Source of the DNA: Candidatus Ratteibacteria bacterium
Lineage (GTDB): Bacteria; Ratteibacteria; UBA8468; B48-G9; DTJG01
NCBI GenBank assembly: GCA_041656495.1
Contig: JBBADJ010000001.1
Coordinates: 79,382-143,381, forward strand
Reading direction: 5' to 3'
DNA: 64,000 nucleotides
In this document: positions 39,953 through 50,161 of the stretch, piece by piece
Layout of the letters: each line of letters opens with the position of its first letter
Position numbering within the stretch: position 1 is the first letter of the stretch
The notes under the pieces: model-generated
Databases searched by the model: none
The model's input: only the letters and a program-made list of their open reading frames with translations
What the model was told of the DNA's origin: nothing
Position numbers and translations under genes: made by a program

Positions 39953-41389
39953 ATGAAAAAAAAATCAAACCCTGAACAGATTCTTATAGAACAAATTGAA
40001 GAATGGGCAAAAAAGCAGAAAGAAAAAGCCTATCTTGTAGGCGGATATGTCCGAGATCGTTTTCGTAGAAGACGTACCCGTGATATAGATATTGTCGTAG
40101 AAGGAGACGCCCTTGCATTCGCGCGCGCCTTTTCACGCGCTCACCGGTATCCCACACCGATATTTTATGGCAAATTCGGGACCGCCATGATAGAGATAGA
40201 AGGGATAAAGCTTGAGTTTGCAACCGCTCGCAAAGAAAGTTATCATGCCCTTTCTAGAAAACCACAGGTGAAACCCACCACAATTCTTGAAGACCTGGAG
40301 CGCCGCGATTTTACTATCAATGCCATTGCTTATGATCTTCTTGAAAAAAAATATCTTGACCCATTTAACGGAAAGAAAGATATAAAAGAAAAAGTAATCA
40401 GAACACCGGTATCTCCCGATCAAACCTTTTTCGACGATCCTCTCCGCATTCTTAGAGGGATCAGGTTTGCTTCTCATTTCTCCTTTTCCATTGATGCCCG
40501 CACTTTTGAAGGAATGGCGAATAATGCGCACCGATTATCCATTGTGAGTATAGAACGAATCTCTGATGAACTCATAAAAACCCTTTCTGCTCCATTGCCC
40601 GGATATGGATTTTCCCTTATGGAACAGTCGGGAGTACTCGGTTTAATACTTCCGGAAGTAGCAAACCTTAGAGAAGAAAAGAGAGACCTTTCCTATAAAG
40701 AACTTTTTGAACATACCCTGCAGGTTCTTGATAATCTCTCCCAAAGAACAAAAGATCCTTATCTCAGGCTTACCGGACTGCTTCACGATATCGGAAAACC
40801 AAAAACTTTCCGTAAAATTGATGGAAAAGTCTCATTCCACCGGCACGAATTTGTGGGAGAACGGATGGCAAAAACAATCTGTGAAAGATTAAAGATTCCC
40901 GCAGATAAAACAGAGATGATCCTTCTTCTCATCCGCTACCATCTTCGTCCCCATCTTCTTGCAAAAGAAGAACCTACCGATAATGCGCTTGCCAGATTTA
41001 TCCGAGAAATCGGAAAAAATATGAAAGAACTTTTTCTTCTCGCAGAATCAGACCTTACCAGTAAAAATAAAAGAAAAGTTATGGAAGCGCAAGATTCGCT
41101 AAAGGCGCTTTATGAACGGATCAAAGCACTCAACAAAAAAAGGAAACTTGCCCGTTTTTCTCTGAAATTGGATGGGTTTCTTCTTATGGAAACCCTTGGG
41201 ATTCCTCCTGGGCCTCAGGTAGGAATTATTAAACAATATCTTGAAGAACGTGTTCTTGACGGTCTTGTAGAGAATAAAAAAAGAGCGCTTCTTTCCTATG
41301 TAAAAGAATATCATAGAGAACTTCTCGGCCTCAACGCAGACTCTATACAGAAGAAAAAAAGCGAGTCCGCAGAAGAGAATATTCCATAA
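39953..41389 (+). CDS. cca: CCA-adding enzyme / tRNA nucleotidyltransferase with an HD domain
   Basis: Pol-beta nucleotidyltransferase head (GGYVRDR ... DIDIVV), RDFTINA motif, HD motif LLHDIGKP. Confidence 0.8.
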   Translation: MKKKSNPEQILIEQIEEWAKKQKEKAYLVGGYVRDRFRRRRTRDIDIVVEGDALAFARAFSRAHRYPTPIFYGKFGTAMIEIEGIKLEFATARKESYHALSRKPQVKPTTILEDLERRDFTINAIAYDLLEKKYLDPFNGKKDIKEKVIRTPVSPDQTFFDDPLRILRGIRFASHFSFSIDARTFEGMANNAHRLSIVSIERISDELIKTLSAPLPGYGFSLMEQSGVLGLILPEVANLREEKRDLSYKELFEHTLQVLDNLSQRTKDPYLRLTGLLHDIGKPKTFRKIDGKVSFHRHEFVGERMAKTICERLKIPADKTEMILLLIRYHLRPHLLAKEEPTDNALARFIREIGKNMKELFLLAESDLTSKNKRKVMEAQDSLKALYERIKALNKKRKLARFSLKLDGFLLMETLGIPPGPQVGIIKQYLEERVLDGLVENKKRALLSYVKEYHRELLGLNADSIQKKKSESAEENIP

Positions 41390-41553
41390 AACCCTGGAAA
41401 AGAGCTCTCTAAAAGTAAAAAGGTTGCAATAAAGATAGTTTCGCATACAATGTCATCATAGAAGATCTAACAGCATAGAAGAGAAGAAAAAAAGCTTTCC
41501 GGATCCTTCTTCATCGTAGTCATTGCTATTATTACAAAACACAAGGAGTTCCT

Positions 41554-42057
41554 ATGCCTAAACAATCTTCCATATCGCACAATCTTCTATGGGCCCCCTG
41601 GCGCTCTACTTATATTACTCAACCTCCACCGCAGGACTGTTTTCTTTGCGATTTTGCAGAACGTGGCGGAAAACTTCTTCTTCATAAAGGCAATACCTGT
41701 ATCGTTGTAATGAATCTCTTTCCTTATAATAACGGCCACCTTTTAATCGCTCCCAAAAAACATAAGAAAGATCTTTCGTCTCTTACAAAACAGGAGAGAG
41801 AAGAACTCTTTTTCCTTCTTATACAATGCGAATCTATCCTGAAAAAAAAGATCTCTCCTGAAGGATTTAATATCGGAGCCAATCTTGGTAAAATTGCTGG
41901 CGCCGGAGTTCCCGGACACCTGCATTTCCATATTGTGCCGCGATGGAAGGGAGATACCAATTTTATGCCTGTCCTTGGAAAAACAAAAATCATTTCTCAG
42001 TCGTTGGATCAATTATATAAAGTTCTTAAACCTGAATTTCAACATCTTAAGGAGTAA
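41554..42057 (+). CDS. HIT-family nucleotide hydrolase/transferase
   Basis: Histidine triad HLHFHIVPRW and the APWR N-terminal motif; RBS AAGGAG. Confidence 0.8.
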   Translation: MPKQSSISHNLLWAPWRSTYITQPPPQDCFLCDFAERGGKLLLHKGNTCIVVMNLFPYNNGHLLIAPKKHKKDLSSLTKQEREELFFLLIQCESILKKKISPEGFNIGANLGKIAGAGVPGHLHFHIVPRWKGDTNFMPVLGKTKIISQSLDQLYKVLKPEFQHLKE

Positions 42058-42060
42058 CCT

Positions 42061-43296
42061 ATGTATATCGCGGACTTTCACATTCATTCAAAGTATAGCA
42101 GGGCTACCAGCCCCTCAATGGATATAGAGAAGTGTGCCCAATGGAGCCGTATAAAGGGTATTGATCTTCTTGGTACCGGAGATATTACCCACCCGTTATG
42201 GAGAAAAAAATTACAAAAAGCTCTTCTTCCAACTGATCGTAAGGGCATCTATTCATACCGCAATACCGACTTTATCCTTACAGGAGAAGTTAGTAGTATC
42301 TATCATAAAAACGGAGCATTACGAAAAATTCATATTATACTTTTCTTCTCTTCCTTTGAAAGAGCTGAAAATTTCAGCGCGGCTGTCGCAAAGTACGGAG
42401 ATCTTATGAGCGACGGAAGGCCAATCCTTTCGCTTGATGCAAAAAAAGTCGCAACAATGGTACGACAAAACGATCCAGAAGGATTTATCGTTCCCGCCCA
42501 TATCTGGACTCCTCATTTTTCTCTCTTTGGAGCCCATTCAGGGTTTGACCGTATTGAAGATTGTTTTGAAGAAGAGACTGCCTTTATTCCCGCCCTTGAA
42601 ACAGGTCTTAGTAGCGATCCTCCTATGAACCGACGACTTTCAAGTCTTGACAAGTTTACCCTTATCTCTAACTCTGACGCCCATTCTCCGCAAAAATTGG
42701 CAAGAGAAGCCAATATCTTTTCTTCTTCCTTCTCAATCGGAGAATTATACAGGATCCTTAAAGACCAAGATACGCGGCGTTTTCTTTCTACTGTGGAATA
42801 TTTCCCGGAAGAAGGCAAGTACCATCTTGACGGACATAGAAACTGCAATGCAAGAAGTACTCCAGAAGAAACAATCGCCAATCGCTATCTTTGTCCTGTC
42901 TGCAAAAAAAGAGTAACAGTCGGCGTTATGCACCGTATAACCCTTCTCGCGGACCGACCCCCAAACGCCATTTCTTCCATGCCGTTTCATCATATAGTCC
43001 CTCTTGACCAAATTCTTTCCTCTGTCCTTGAAAAAAATCCCGCTTCACAAACAGTGCAGAACCATTATAACCACGCTATTGAAACGCTCGGGCCTGAATT
43101 AACCATTCTTCTTACCACTCCCCCAGAGAAGATCTTCTCTGCTCTTTCAGAGCCCATTGCGAGCGCTATTGTCAAGATGAGAGAGGGGAAAATACTGGTT
43201 GAACCGGGATACGATGGAAAGTTTGGAACCATTACTATCAGCCCTACTCACGACGAGGCACAAAACGAAACTACTCAGCAACAGAGTCTTTTCTGA
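42061..43296 (+). CDS. PHP-domain phosphoesterase with a C-terminal zinc ribbon (COG1379, endonuclease Q-like)
   Basis: N-terminal DFHIHSKYS PHP motif; C-terminal GHRNCN ... YLCPVCKK zinc-binding cluster. The roughly 411 aa size matches archaeal EndoQ. Confidence 0.55.
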   Translation: MYIADFHIHSKYSRATSPSMDIEKCAQWSRIKGIDLLGTGDITHPLWRKKLQKALLPTDRKGIYSYRNTDFILTGEVSSIYHKNGALRKIHIILFFSSFERAENFSAAVAKYGDLMSDGRPILSLDAKKVATMVRQNDPEGFIVPAHIWTPHFSLFGAHSGFDRIEDCFEEETAFIPALETGLSSDPPMNRRLSSLDKFTLISNSDAHSPQKLAREANIFSSSFSIGELYRILKDQDTRRFLSTVEYFPEEGKYHLDGHRNCNARSTPEETIANRYLCPVCKKRVTVGVMHRITLLADRPPNAISSMPFHHIVPLDQILSSVLEKNPASQTVQNHYNHAIETLGPELTILLTTPPEKIFSALSEPIASAIVKMREGKILVEPGYDGKFGTITISPTHDEAQNETTQQQSLF

Positions 43297-44308
43297 CTTT
43301 TTCCATAGAGAGGTCGTATCACGTGCGGGAAAATCGTTCGCATGGGCTATTTGGGCGGCGCTTACGCTTCCTTTCACTCCCTTCTGGCTCCTCACCTTTT
43401 TTATTGCTCGGTTCCGGCCTGCTATCAATCTCTCAGTTCCCTCTATTTCAGTGGGAAATATTGAAATGGGAGGCACAGGAAAAACACCTCTTGTTCTTTT
43501 TATCGCCCAATACCTTGTAGAATTACACTATTCTGTTGCAATCGTCTGCTATGGAACCCGATCTACCCGCTGGGACGAAGCCCGACTACTCTCCCAACAC
43601 CTTTCCGGCGCAAAGATCTATTCTGGGCGAAACAAAGTTCTCCTTGCAAAACAAGCAATTCAAGAAGGAGCTTCCTGCATTCTCTTTGATGATGCGTTCC
43701 ACCATTTTCGTATTCAACAAAAACTTGATATTGTCCTTATTAATCCCTCTTCATGGCCTCCGATTCTTTTTCCCGCGGGAAGATATAGAATGCCGATTAG
43801 ATTTCTTCGTTATGCAGATATTATCCTTTCCCATACTCCTCACAATCTCCAAAAAAAAGAGAAAAAGAAGGTACAAAAGAGATTTAAAACAGGAAATACT
43901 CCACTCTTCTTTATGCATCCGTCACCCCGCTATCTTGAATCCTCCTTTGGAAGAGAAGAATCTCTCTCAAAAATTGCCCATAACCGGGTTCTTGCCTTCT
44001 GCGGAATCGGAAATCCCGACTCCTTTCTTGCGACGATTCATTCTCTCAAGCCCGCTTCAGTTGAACTTATCAGGTTTCCGGATCATTTCTCCTATACAAA
44101 AGAAGATATTCTTGCGATCCATCGTCGTTTTAAAGATTCTCAGGCGGATCTTTGTCTTACCACTTCAAAAGATATGGTAAAAATTAAGCCATTTCTTCGC
44201 TCTTTTGAGATCTTTATCCTTCATATTGAAACAGAAATTGAAGAAAAAGAGATATTCCTTAAATATATCTCAAATTATTTGACAAAACAGAACTCTATGA
44301 TATACTGA
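43214..44308 (+). CDS. lpxK: Tetraacyldisaccharide 4'-kinase (start uncertain; overlaps the preceding gene)
   Basis: ISVGNIEMGGTGKTP P-loop characteristic of LpxK. Confidence 0.8.
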   Translation: MESLEPLLSALLTTRHKTKLLSNRVFSDFFHREVVSRAGKSFAWAIWAALTLPFTPFWLLTFFIARFRPAINLSVPSISVGNIEMGGTGKTPLVLFIAQYLVELHYSVAIVCYGTRSTRWDEARLLSQHLSGAKIYSGRNKVLLAKQAIQEGASCILFDDAFHHFRIQQKLDIVLINPSSWPPILFPAGRYRMPIRFLRYADIILSHTPHNLQKKEKKKVQKRFKTGNTPLFFMHPSPRYLESSFGREESLSKIAHNRVLAFCGIGNPDSFLATIHSLKPASVELIRFPDHFSYTKEDILAIHRRFKDSQADLCLTTSKDMVKIKPFLRSFEIFILHIETEIEEKEIFLKYISNYLTKQNSMIY

Positions 44309-44328
44309 CGGTAACTTTTCTCTGCAAA

Positions 44329-45267
44329 ATGAAAAATTTCCAAGCGCGTTCATTCGTTAGACGAAAAACGAATCAACTTTCCCTCTCATTGCGAGAGAAA
44401 AAAACTATTATTGCTGTATCTGGCGGTATTGACAGTACCGTCTGCGCCCTTCTTGTACAGCACGCCTCTAAAGAACCCTTTATAGCCCTCTATCTTGATA
44501 CAGGAATGATGAGATCCAATGAAAAGGAGACAACTACCGCATTATTCGCGAAACATAAGATAGAACTTCAGGTGTGGGATGTACAGGACCGATTCTTTGA
44601 GGCATTACAAAATAAGCTTGATCCTGAAGAAAAAAGAAAAACATTTCGCGATACTTTTTATCGTGTCTTCAGCCAGGCGATTAGAAGTTACTCCGCAGAT
44701 ATCCTTGTTCAAGGAACGATCCTTCCTGATATTATGGAAACACAGCATGGCATCAAAACATACCATAATGTTCTCCAACAAGCAGGGATCAATCCTAACC
44801 ACTATGGCCTGCAAATCCTTGAACCTCTTAGGGAACTTACCAAATCACAGGCAAAATCAGTCGCAAAACATATAGGCCTTCCTAAGAAAATTATTAATCA
44901 ATGGCCTTTTCCGGGTCCTGGCCTTTCTCTTCGGGTAGTCGGAGAAGTAAATCCCGACCGGGTTGAAATTGCCAGACGCGCGACTACAATCATAGAGAAA
45001 AACCTTAGAAGCCCCGCTATTTTTCAAGCATTTCCAGTTCTTTTAAGCAATAAAGCCACTGGTATTGCAAACAACACAAGGATATTGGGAGAAACAGTCG
45101 TTGTACGCGCGGTAGAATCAAAAGATGGGCTTACCGCAAAACCATACCGGTTTACCTGGAAAAAAATGGAACAACTTTCCAATCAAATCCTCAAAGAAAT
45201 TCCGGGAATAGTCAAGGTTCTCTTTGACACCACTCCCAAACCTCCCAGTACCATAGAGTATTTCTAA
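44329..45267 (+). CDS. guaA: GMP synthase, ATP pyrophosphatase subunit (archaeal-type split GuaA subunit B)
   Basis: PP-loop SGGIDS and the GMP-synthase C-terminal signature WPFPGPGLSLRVVGEV. No glutamine amidotransferase domain is present in this ORF. Confidence 0.75.
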   Translation: MKNFQARSFVRRKTNQLSLSLREKKTIIAVSGGIDSTVCALLVQHASKEPFIALYLDTGMMRSNEKETTTALFAKHKIELQVWDVQDRFFEALQNKLDPEEKRKTFRDTFYRVFSQAIRSYSADILVQGTILPDIMETQHGIKTYHNVLQQAGINPNHYGLQILEPLRELTKSQAKSVAKHIGLPKKIINQWPFPGPGLSLRVVGEVNPDRVEIARRATTIIEKNLRSPAIFQAFPVLLSNKATGIANNTRILGETVVVRAVESKDGLTAKPYRFTWKKMEQLSNQILKEIPGIVKVLFDTTPKPPSTIEYF

Positions 45268-45357
45268 TACCCGGTATACCACTCTCGTATTCTATACAAC
45301 AAAAGAAGAATTTTCTCATAAAAAGAGTATTGTCGCGGGAAGATAGCCTTGAACAGC

Positions 45358-47025
45358 ATGCCTGGAGGATTTTTTTCTCTTTTTGCCGCAAAGAAGGCCT
45401 TCTGCATAGATACGTTGAATCCTTATCATACGCGACAGAAAAAAAAATGGATAGGTCTCATGGCAGAAAAAAGATATTCTCTTATAAAAAAAGAGAGCAA
45501 CATTGATAACGAAAAAAGAAGATCCCCTTCATTCTATACGATTATTTTTTTCTCTCTTCTTTTTCTTTTTACTCTTTGTCGGATCTGGATAGGGAGTAGG
45601 GTGCCCCTTGGTGCGGACGAAGCATATATCTGGGAATGGTCGCGCCATCCGGCGCTTTGTTACTACGATCATCCTCCTCTTACAGCATGGATCGTCCGAT
45701 TCTTTACATGGATTTCCGCTACAAAAACAACTGTACGACTCGTGGGTCCTCTTTCTTTTGCAGGCTTCTCCTTTATACTCTGGAAATTTACAAAAAAATT
45801 ATATTCTTCTTCTGCAACCGCAATGCTTGCCGGACTCCTTCCATCAACAATACCACTCTTTGCGGTCGGTGGAATCATTACATCTGTGGAAGGGCCTTTT
45901 ATTCTTACATGGATCTTAACGCTTTTCTTTTTTCATAGCGCCATAATAAAAAAGAAACCCATTGCATGGTATCTAACAGGAATCGCGATAGGACTCGGAA
46001 TGATGAGCAAATATCTTATGATTCTCTTCCTTCCTGCCGCTTTTTTCTTTCTTCTTTTCTCTAAACAACACCGACCTCTTCTTCGCACCAAAGAGCCCTG
46101 GCTTGCCCTTCTTCTCGCATTCATTCTTTTTATTCCAGCTATTATATGGAATGCGAATCATCACTGGGCAAATTTCGCCCTTAACTTTACTAATCGGGGT
46201 TCTCCCAACCCTATTTCTCCGCAGGTCTCTTCATTTCTTCTCTTTTTTGCCACACAAGCCGCTGTTATCACCCCTCTCTTCTTTATAGGGATCATCGTTC
46301 TTATCGCTACTTTTCTTTCTACAAAAAAAGAAAAGAATGAAGATAGCTTTTTTCTCCTAATGATGTCTCTTCCGATTTTCATATTTTTTCTCTTTTTCAG
46401 CGCCATAGGAAAAACAGCCGCCCATTGGCCTGCAATCGGATATATTGCGCTTTTTCCTCCTTTAGCACATGCTATTGTTTCTTCCTCTTTTACCACACAA
46501 TGGAAACGGACCCTCTTCCTTGCAGGAACTCTTTTCGCATTTTTCATTACTCTTATTCTTCATACTGCCATACTTTTTCCCAATACAACAGCGCGGTTAT
46601 TGCCATCCAAACAAAGAGCGCGTTTTCTATTCTTTATGGGGCCATGGCAGAAAAAACTTGCAACACACATAGCCTCGTTACAGGAAGAGTTGGGAGGAAC
46701 AAATAACACCTTTCTTATGTGCAGAGGATTTTCTCTTGCGAGTTATATTGCGTTTTCTCATCCACTTCAACCAGAAGTATACGCAATCTTTCAACAACCG
46801 GGTCTTGGCCGCGGATATTCTTACTGGCAAGATTTTACTCGCGTCTTAGGAAAGGACTGTATCTTCATAGAAGAGGGTGGAAGAGAATCCACCACAGCCC
46901 GTCTTACAAAGGCATTTGATACAATAGAAAAAATGGATGACATTACCTTTATAGAGGAAGGAATTCCCATGATGCGTATTGCGTTATGGAAATGTTCTCA
47001 TTTTAAGGGACTTCGGGACGCATAG
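45358..47025 (+). CDS. ArnT/PMT-like membrane glycosyltransferase (GT83/GT39 family); start uncertain
   Basis: Multi-TM protein carrying a GADEAYIWEWSRHP ... YDHPPL motif. Confidence 0.7.
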   Translation: MPGGFFSLFAAKKAFCIDTLNPYHTRQKKKWIGLMAEKRYSLIKKESNIDNEKRRSPSFYTIIFFSLLFLFTLCRIWIGSRVPLGADEAYIWEWSRHPALCYYDHPPLTAWIVRFFTWISATKTTVRLVGPLSFAGFSFILWKFTKKLYSSSATAMLAGLLPSTIPLFAVGGIITSVEGPFILTWILTLFFFHSAIIKKKPIAWYLTGIAIGLGMMSKYLMILFLPAAFFFLLFSKQHRPLLRTKEPWLALLLAFILFIPAIIWNANHHWANFALNFTNRGSPNPISPQVSSFLLFFATQAAVITPLFFIGIIVLIATFLSTKKEKNEDSFFLLMMSLPIFIFFLFFSAIGKTAAHWPAIGYIALFPPLAHAIVSSSFTTQWKRTLFLAGTLFAFFITLILHTAILFPNTTARLLPSKQRARFLFFMGPWQKKLATHIASLQEELGGTNNTFLMCRGFSLASYIAFSHPLQPEVYAIFQQPGLGRGYSYWQDFTRVLGKDCIFIEEGGRESTTARLTKAFDTIEKMDDITFIEEGIPMMRIALWKCSHFKGLRDA

Positions 47026-47026
47026 T

Positions 47027-48115
47027 ATGAAAATCCTTCTTCTTCATGATGGCATTCAAGGAAACCTTCATCAATCTTTGGCAATAGCGCGTCTTCTTAG
47101 CGATACAGTAGAGATTGTTACAATACGGATAAAGGGTCCCTCATACCGGCTTCCAATGAGAAAAGGAAGATATCCGATCATTTCAAAACTTGTAGGATTC
47201 CTACTCCGGCTTGGATTAAAAAAGACCGCACAGCGCCTTTTACAATGGACACTTATAGATGGAGAAAAGATATTCTCATTATCCTATGATACCATCATCT
47301 CAACAGGCTCTTCTCTTGCTCCAATCAATGCAATACTGAAAAAAGAACATTCCTTTTCTATCTGTATTCTTACGCCAGAAGGTATTCCTCTCTCGCTCTT
47401 TGACGCATTAGTTGTTCCCAAGCATGACCTTCTCCGTTATCCTTCTCTAAAAAAGCATCCTTGCGTTATCGCTACCCTCGGCGCTCCGACTCCTGTAACC
47501 CGCGAACTTCTTGAAGATGAAGCGCGCCATCTTTCTTCTTTACTTCCACAATCGCCTCCTTCCCCCAAAATAGCTCTTCTTATTGGAGGAGACGACCAAA
47601 CCTACCACATTGATCCGCAATGGATTGAAACTCTTATTCCCCCTCTCTCTCTATTTCTCAAGAAAGAAGAGGCGCAATCTCTTCTAACCACCTCTCGGCG
47701 CACTTCACAAAAGAGCTGTGCCAAAATTCGCCTTCTCACTGAAGAAAAAAGAGAATTTCCATACCGGGAATTTCCTGAAGAAAAGAAAAAATCTCATTAT
47801 TTCGGAATTCTTGGAATTTCTGATATGATATTGGTAACAGAAGATAGCATAAACATGATATCCGAGGCCTGTTCCACAGGAAAACCAGTGATTGTTCTTG
47901 AAGTGCGCAGAAAAAAAGATTCCACAATCTTTGAGACCACCATCGCACAGCTTGAAAGAGGAGGCCACTGCGTACGCATAGCAGTAGACCAACTTCCTTC
48001 GCTTCCCGCTATACTACAGGAATGTAAATCAAAACATTTCATCGCACTCAACGAGGCGCAACGATGTTCTGCTTTGCTTCGCACAGAAATAAGCCGAAAA
48101 AAATCCTCATTATAG
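47027..48115 (+). CDS. ELM1/DUF1022-family protein (predicted GT-B-like glycosyltransferase in LPS loci)
   Basis: MKILLLHDGIQGNLHQSLAIARLL N-terminus resembles DUF1022/ELM1 proteins. Confidence 0.45.
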   Translation: MKILLLHDGIQGNLHQSLAIARLLSDTVEIVTIRIKGPSYRLPMRKGRYPIISKLVGFLLRLGLKKTAQRLLQWTLIDGEKIFSLSYDTIISTGSSLAPINAILKKEHSFSICILTPEGIPLSLFDALVVPKHDLLRYPSLKKHPCVIATLGAPTPVTRELLEDEARHLSSLLPQSPPSPKIALLIGGDDQTYHIDPQWIETLIPPLSLFLKKEEAQSLLTTSRRTSQKSCAKIRLLTEEKREFPYREFPEEKKKSHYFGILGISDMILVTEDSINMISEACSTGKPVIVLEVRRKKDSTIFETTIAQLERGGHCVRIAVDQLPSLPAILQECKSKHFIALNEAQRCSALLRTEISRKKSSL

Positions 48116-49086
48116 GCGGCAGAAAACTCAATGAAAACCTTCTTATGAGTCCTGCTGTCACCATGATACGGAACCACTTTTCCGAGGCAGAGATCTTTCT
48201 TGCCGCGGGAGAAGAGGCAAAAGACTATCTCCTACATAGCCAGCGCCTTGCAGGTGTGCATCTTATCCCAGAAAACGCCTCGCTCTTCTCAATCATAGCT
48301 CTTTTGCGAAAAGAACGATACGATCTTGGAATAGACCTTACAAACGGATTTATTCCTTACGCGCTCCGAATAAAAAAACGTCTCTTCTTTTTTTCTCATA
48401 CAATTCTTTCCGACAAATGTTATACCCACGAAAGCGATCGTTTCATTGGCATTGTCTCCTCTCTCCTGAAAACTCCGGTTCCAAAAACCACCTCACTCTT
48501 TTTCCCTTCCTTTTCAGCTGAAAAAGAGAAGGTTACAGAAGAATTAAAGAAAAAAGGAATCACTTCTTCTACTCCGATTGTCGTCATCGCTCCCGGAACA
48601 GAAGAAAAAAAATATCAATGGCCAACAGAAAAATATGCCCATATCGCCAATACTCTTGCGGAAGAGTATGAAACAAAGATTATCTTTCTTGGTATTGAGA
48701 AAAAAGCCGTAGAAGAAATATCCTCCTTCATCTCCAAAAAAGAATCTATCCTTCCTTATGCGCCTGTCCGTTCTATCCATGAAACTGCCGCCATTCTTTC
48801 CCGTTCTACCCTTGTGATTTCCGAACATAACACGATTATGTACCTTGCCTCTGCACTTGCCATTCCCACTGTTGCAATCTTTGGTCCCACCAACCCTTAC
48901 CGATTTGGACCTATAGGAACCGAACATTCAATCATCCATGCGGAACTCTCCTGTTTTCCCTGCAAAAATCCCAAAAAATGCAGATTATCTCTGCAATGCC
49001 TTACTCAACTATCTCCGGAAAAAGTTCTCTCTGCCTGCCGTTTAATCCTTGATAAAAAAGAACAACTCTATCTCTTTGACCTTTAA
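48064..49086 (+). CDS. Glycosyltransferase family 9 (LPS heptosyltransferase-like)
   Basis: KKILIIGGRKLNENLLMSPAV N-terminal GT9 motif and overall GT9 topology. Confidence 0.75.
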   Translation: MFCFASHRNKPKKILIIGGRKLNENLLMSPAVTMIRNHFSEAEIFLAAGEEAKDYLLHSQRLAGVHLIPENASLFSIIALLRKERYDLGIDLTNGFIPYALRIKKRLFFFSHTILSDKCYTHESDRFIGIVSSLLKTPVPKTTSLFFPSFSAEKEKVTEELKKKGITSSTPIVVIAPGTEEKKYQWPTEKYAHIANTLAEEYETKIIFLGIEKKAVEEISSFISKKESILPYAPVRSIHETAAILSRSTLVISEHNTIMYLASALAIPTVAIFGPTNPYRFGPIGTEHSIIHAELSCFPCKNPKKCRLSLQCLTQLSPEKVLSACRLILDKKEQLYLFDL

Positions 49087-49087
49087 G

Positions 49088-50161
49088 ATGAAAATCCTTC
49101 GTATCCTTCCCTCTCTTGGTATCGGCGGTATAGAAATGTGGGTGCGGGATTTTGCCATTCAGGCAAAAAAAGATGGACATCATATCGCCATTGCCGCAGG
49201 AGAGGGATCTCTTCTTCCTCAACTACAAGAAGCGAATGTTAGATGGTACAACCTTCCCATGGATACAAAAACCCCCCGCGTCTTCCTTAGATCTTGTAAA
49301 ATTCTTGCAACAATCATAGAAAAAGAAGAACCCGATATTCTTCATGCGGAAAGTAGATTCCCTTGCTGGGTAGCCTACCACACACGTAAAAAATTTCCCG
49401 ATCTTCCATGGGTTACCTCGGTTCATAGCTATTGTCCGATAAATCCATGGACGCGCTCTCTTATCCTTGGCGACAGAATTATCACGGTAAGCAAGGCGCT
49501 TGCAGAATTTTCAGTTTCTCGGCTCGGCGCCAATCCCGCAAAAATATCTGTGGTTTACAATGGAATCAATCCTTTTCTCTTCACCCCTCAATCTTTAAAA
49601 GAACAGAAACCGCCCACTATTGGAATTGTAGGAAGGCTTACCCCTGGGAAAGGCCATCTCTTCTTTCTAAAAGCGCTCTCTCTCCTCAAAAAAAAAGGTA
49701 TTTCCTTTCAGGGAATTATATTAGGAAACGGAAGCGAAAGAAGAAAGAGAAAAATCACAAGAATAATCCATTCCCTCAACCTTTCAGAAGATGTAACATT
49801 ATTTTCAGGTCCCTCGGAAAAGTATATTCCAAACCTTACCATCCTTATCTCTGCGGCAACTGTTCCAGAAGGATTCGGTCGCACTGTCGCGGAAGCGCAA
49901 ATGGCGGAAGTTCCAGTTATTGCCGCATCAGGCGGCGCGATAAAGGAGCTGGTTATTCACAAAAAGACCGGATACCTTACCACACCCGGAAACTTCCACG
50001 AAATCGCCCATTGGATCAGCCATCTTCTTACCTATCCAGAAGAAGCGAGAGAAATCGCAACACGCGCGCGAAAATATGCATACACCCGTTTTTCTCTTGA
50101 TAAAACAGTCTCTGACACTCTTGCGGTATATCAACAACTCATTAAAAAGGAATCCCAATGA
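49088..50161 (+). CDS. Glycosyltransferase family 4
   Basis: N-terminal GGIEMW motif; C-terminal E-x7-E region EGFGRTVAEAQMAEVPVIA. Confidence 0.8.
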   Translation: MKILRILPSLGIGGIEMWVRDFAIQAKKDGHHIAIAAGEGSLLPQLQEANVRWYNLPMDTKTPRVFLRSCKILATIIEKEEPDILHAESRFPCWVAYHTRKKFPDLPWVTSVHSYCPINPWTRSLILGDRIITVSKALAEFSVSRLGANPAKISVVYNGINPFLFTPQSLKEQKPPTIGIVGRLTPGKGHLFFLKALSLLKKKGISFQGIILGNGSERRKRKITRIIHSLNLSEDVTLFSGPSEKYIPNLTILISAATVPEGFGRTVAEAQMAEVPVIAASGGAIKELVIHKKTGYLTTPGNFHEIAHWISHLLTYPEEAREIATRARKYAYTRFSLDKTVSDTLAVYQQLIKKESQ

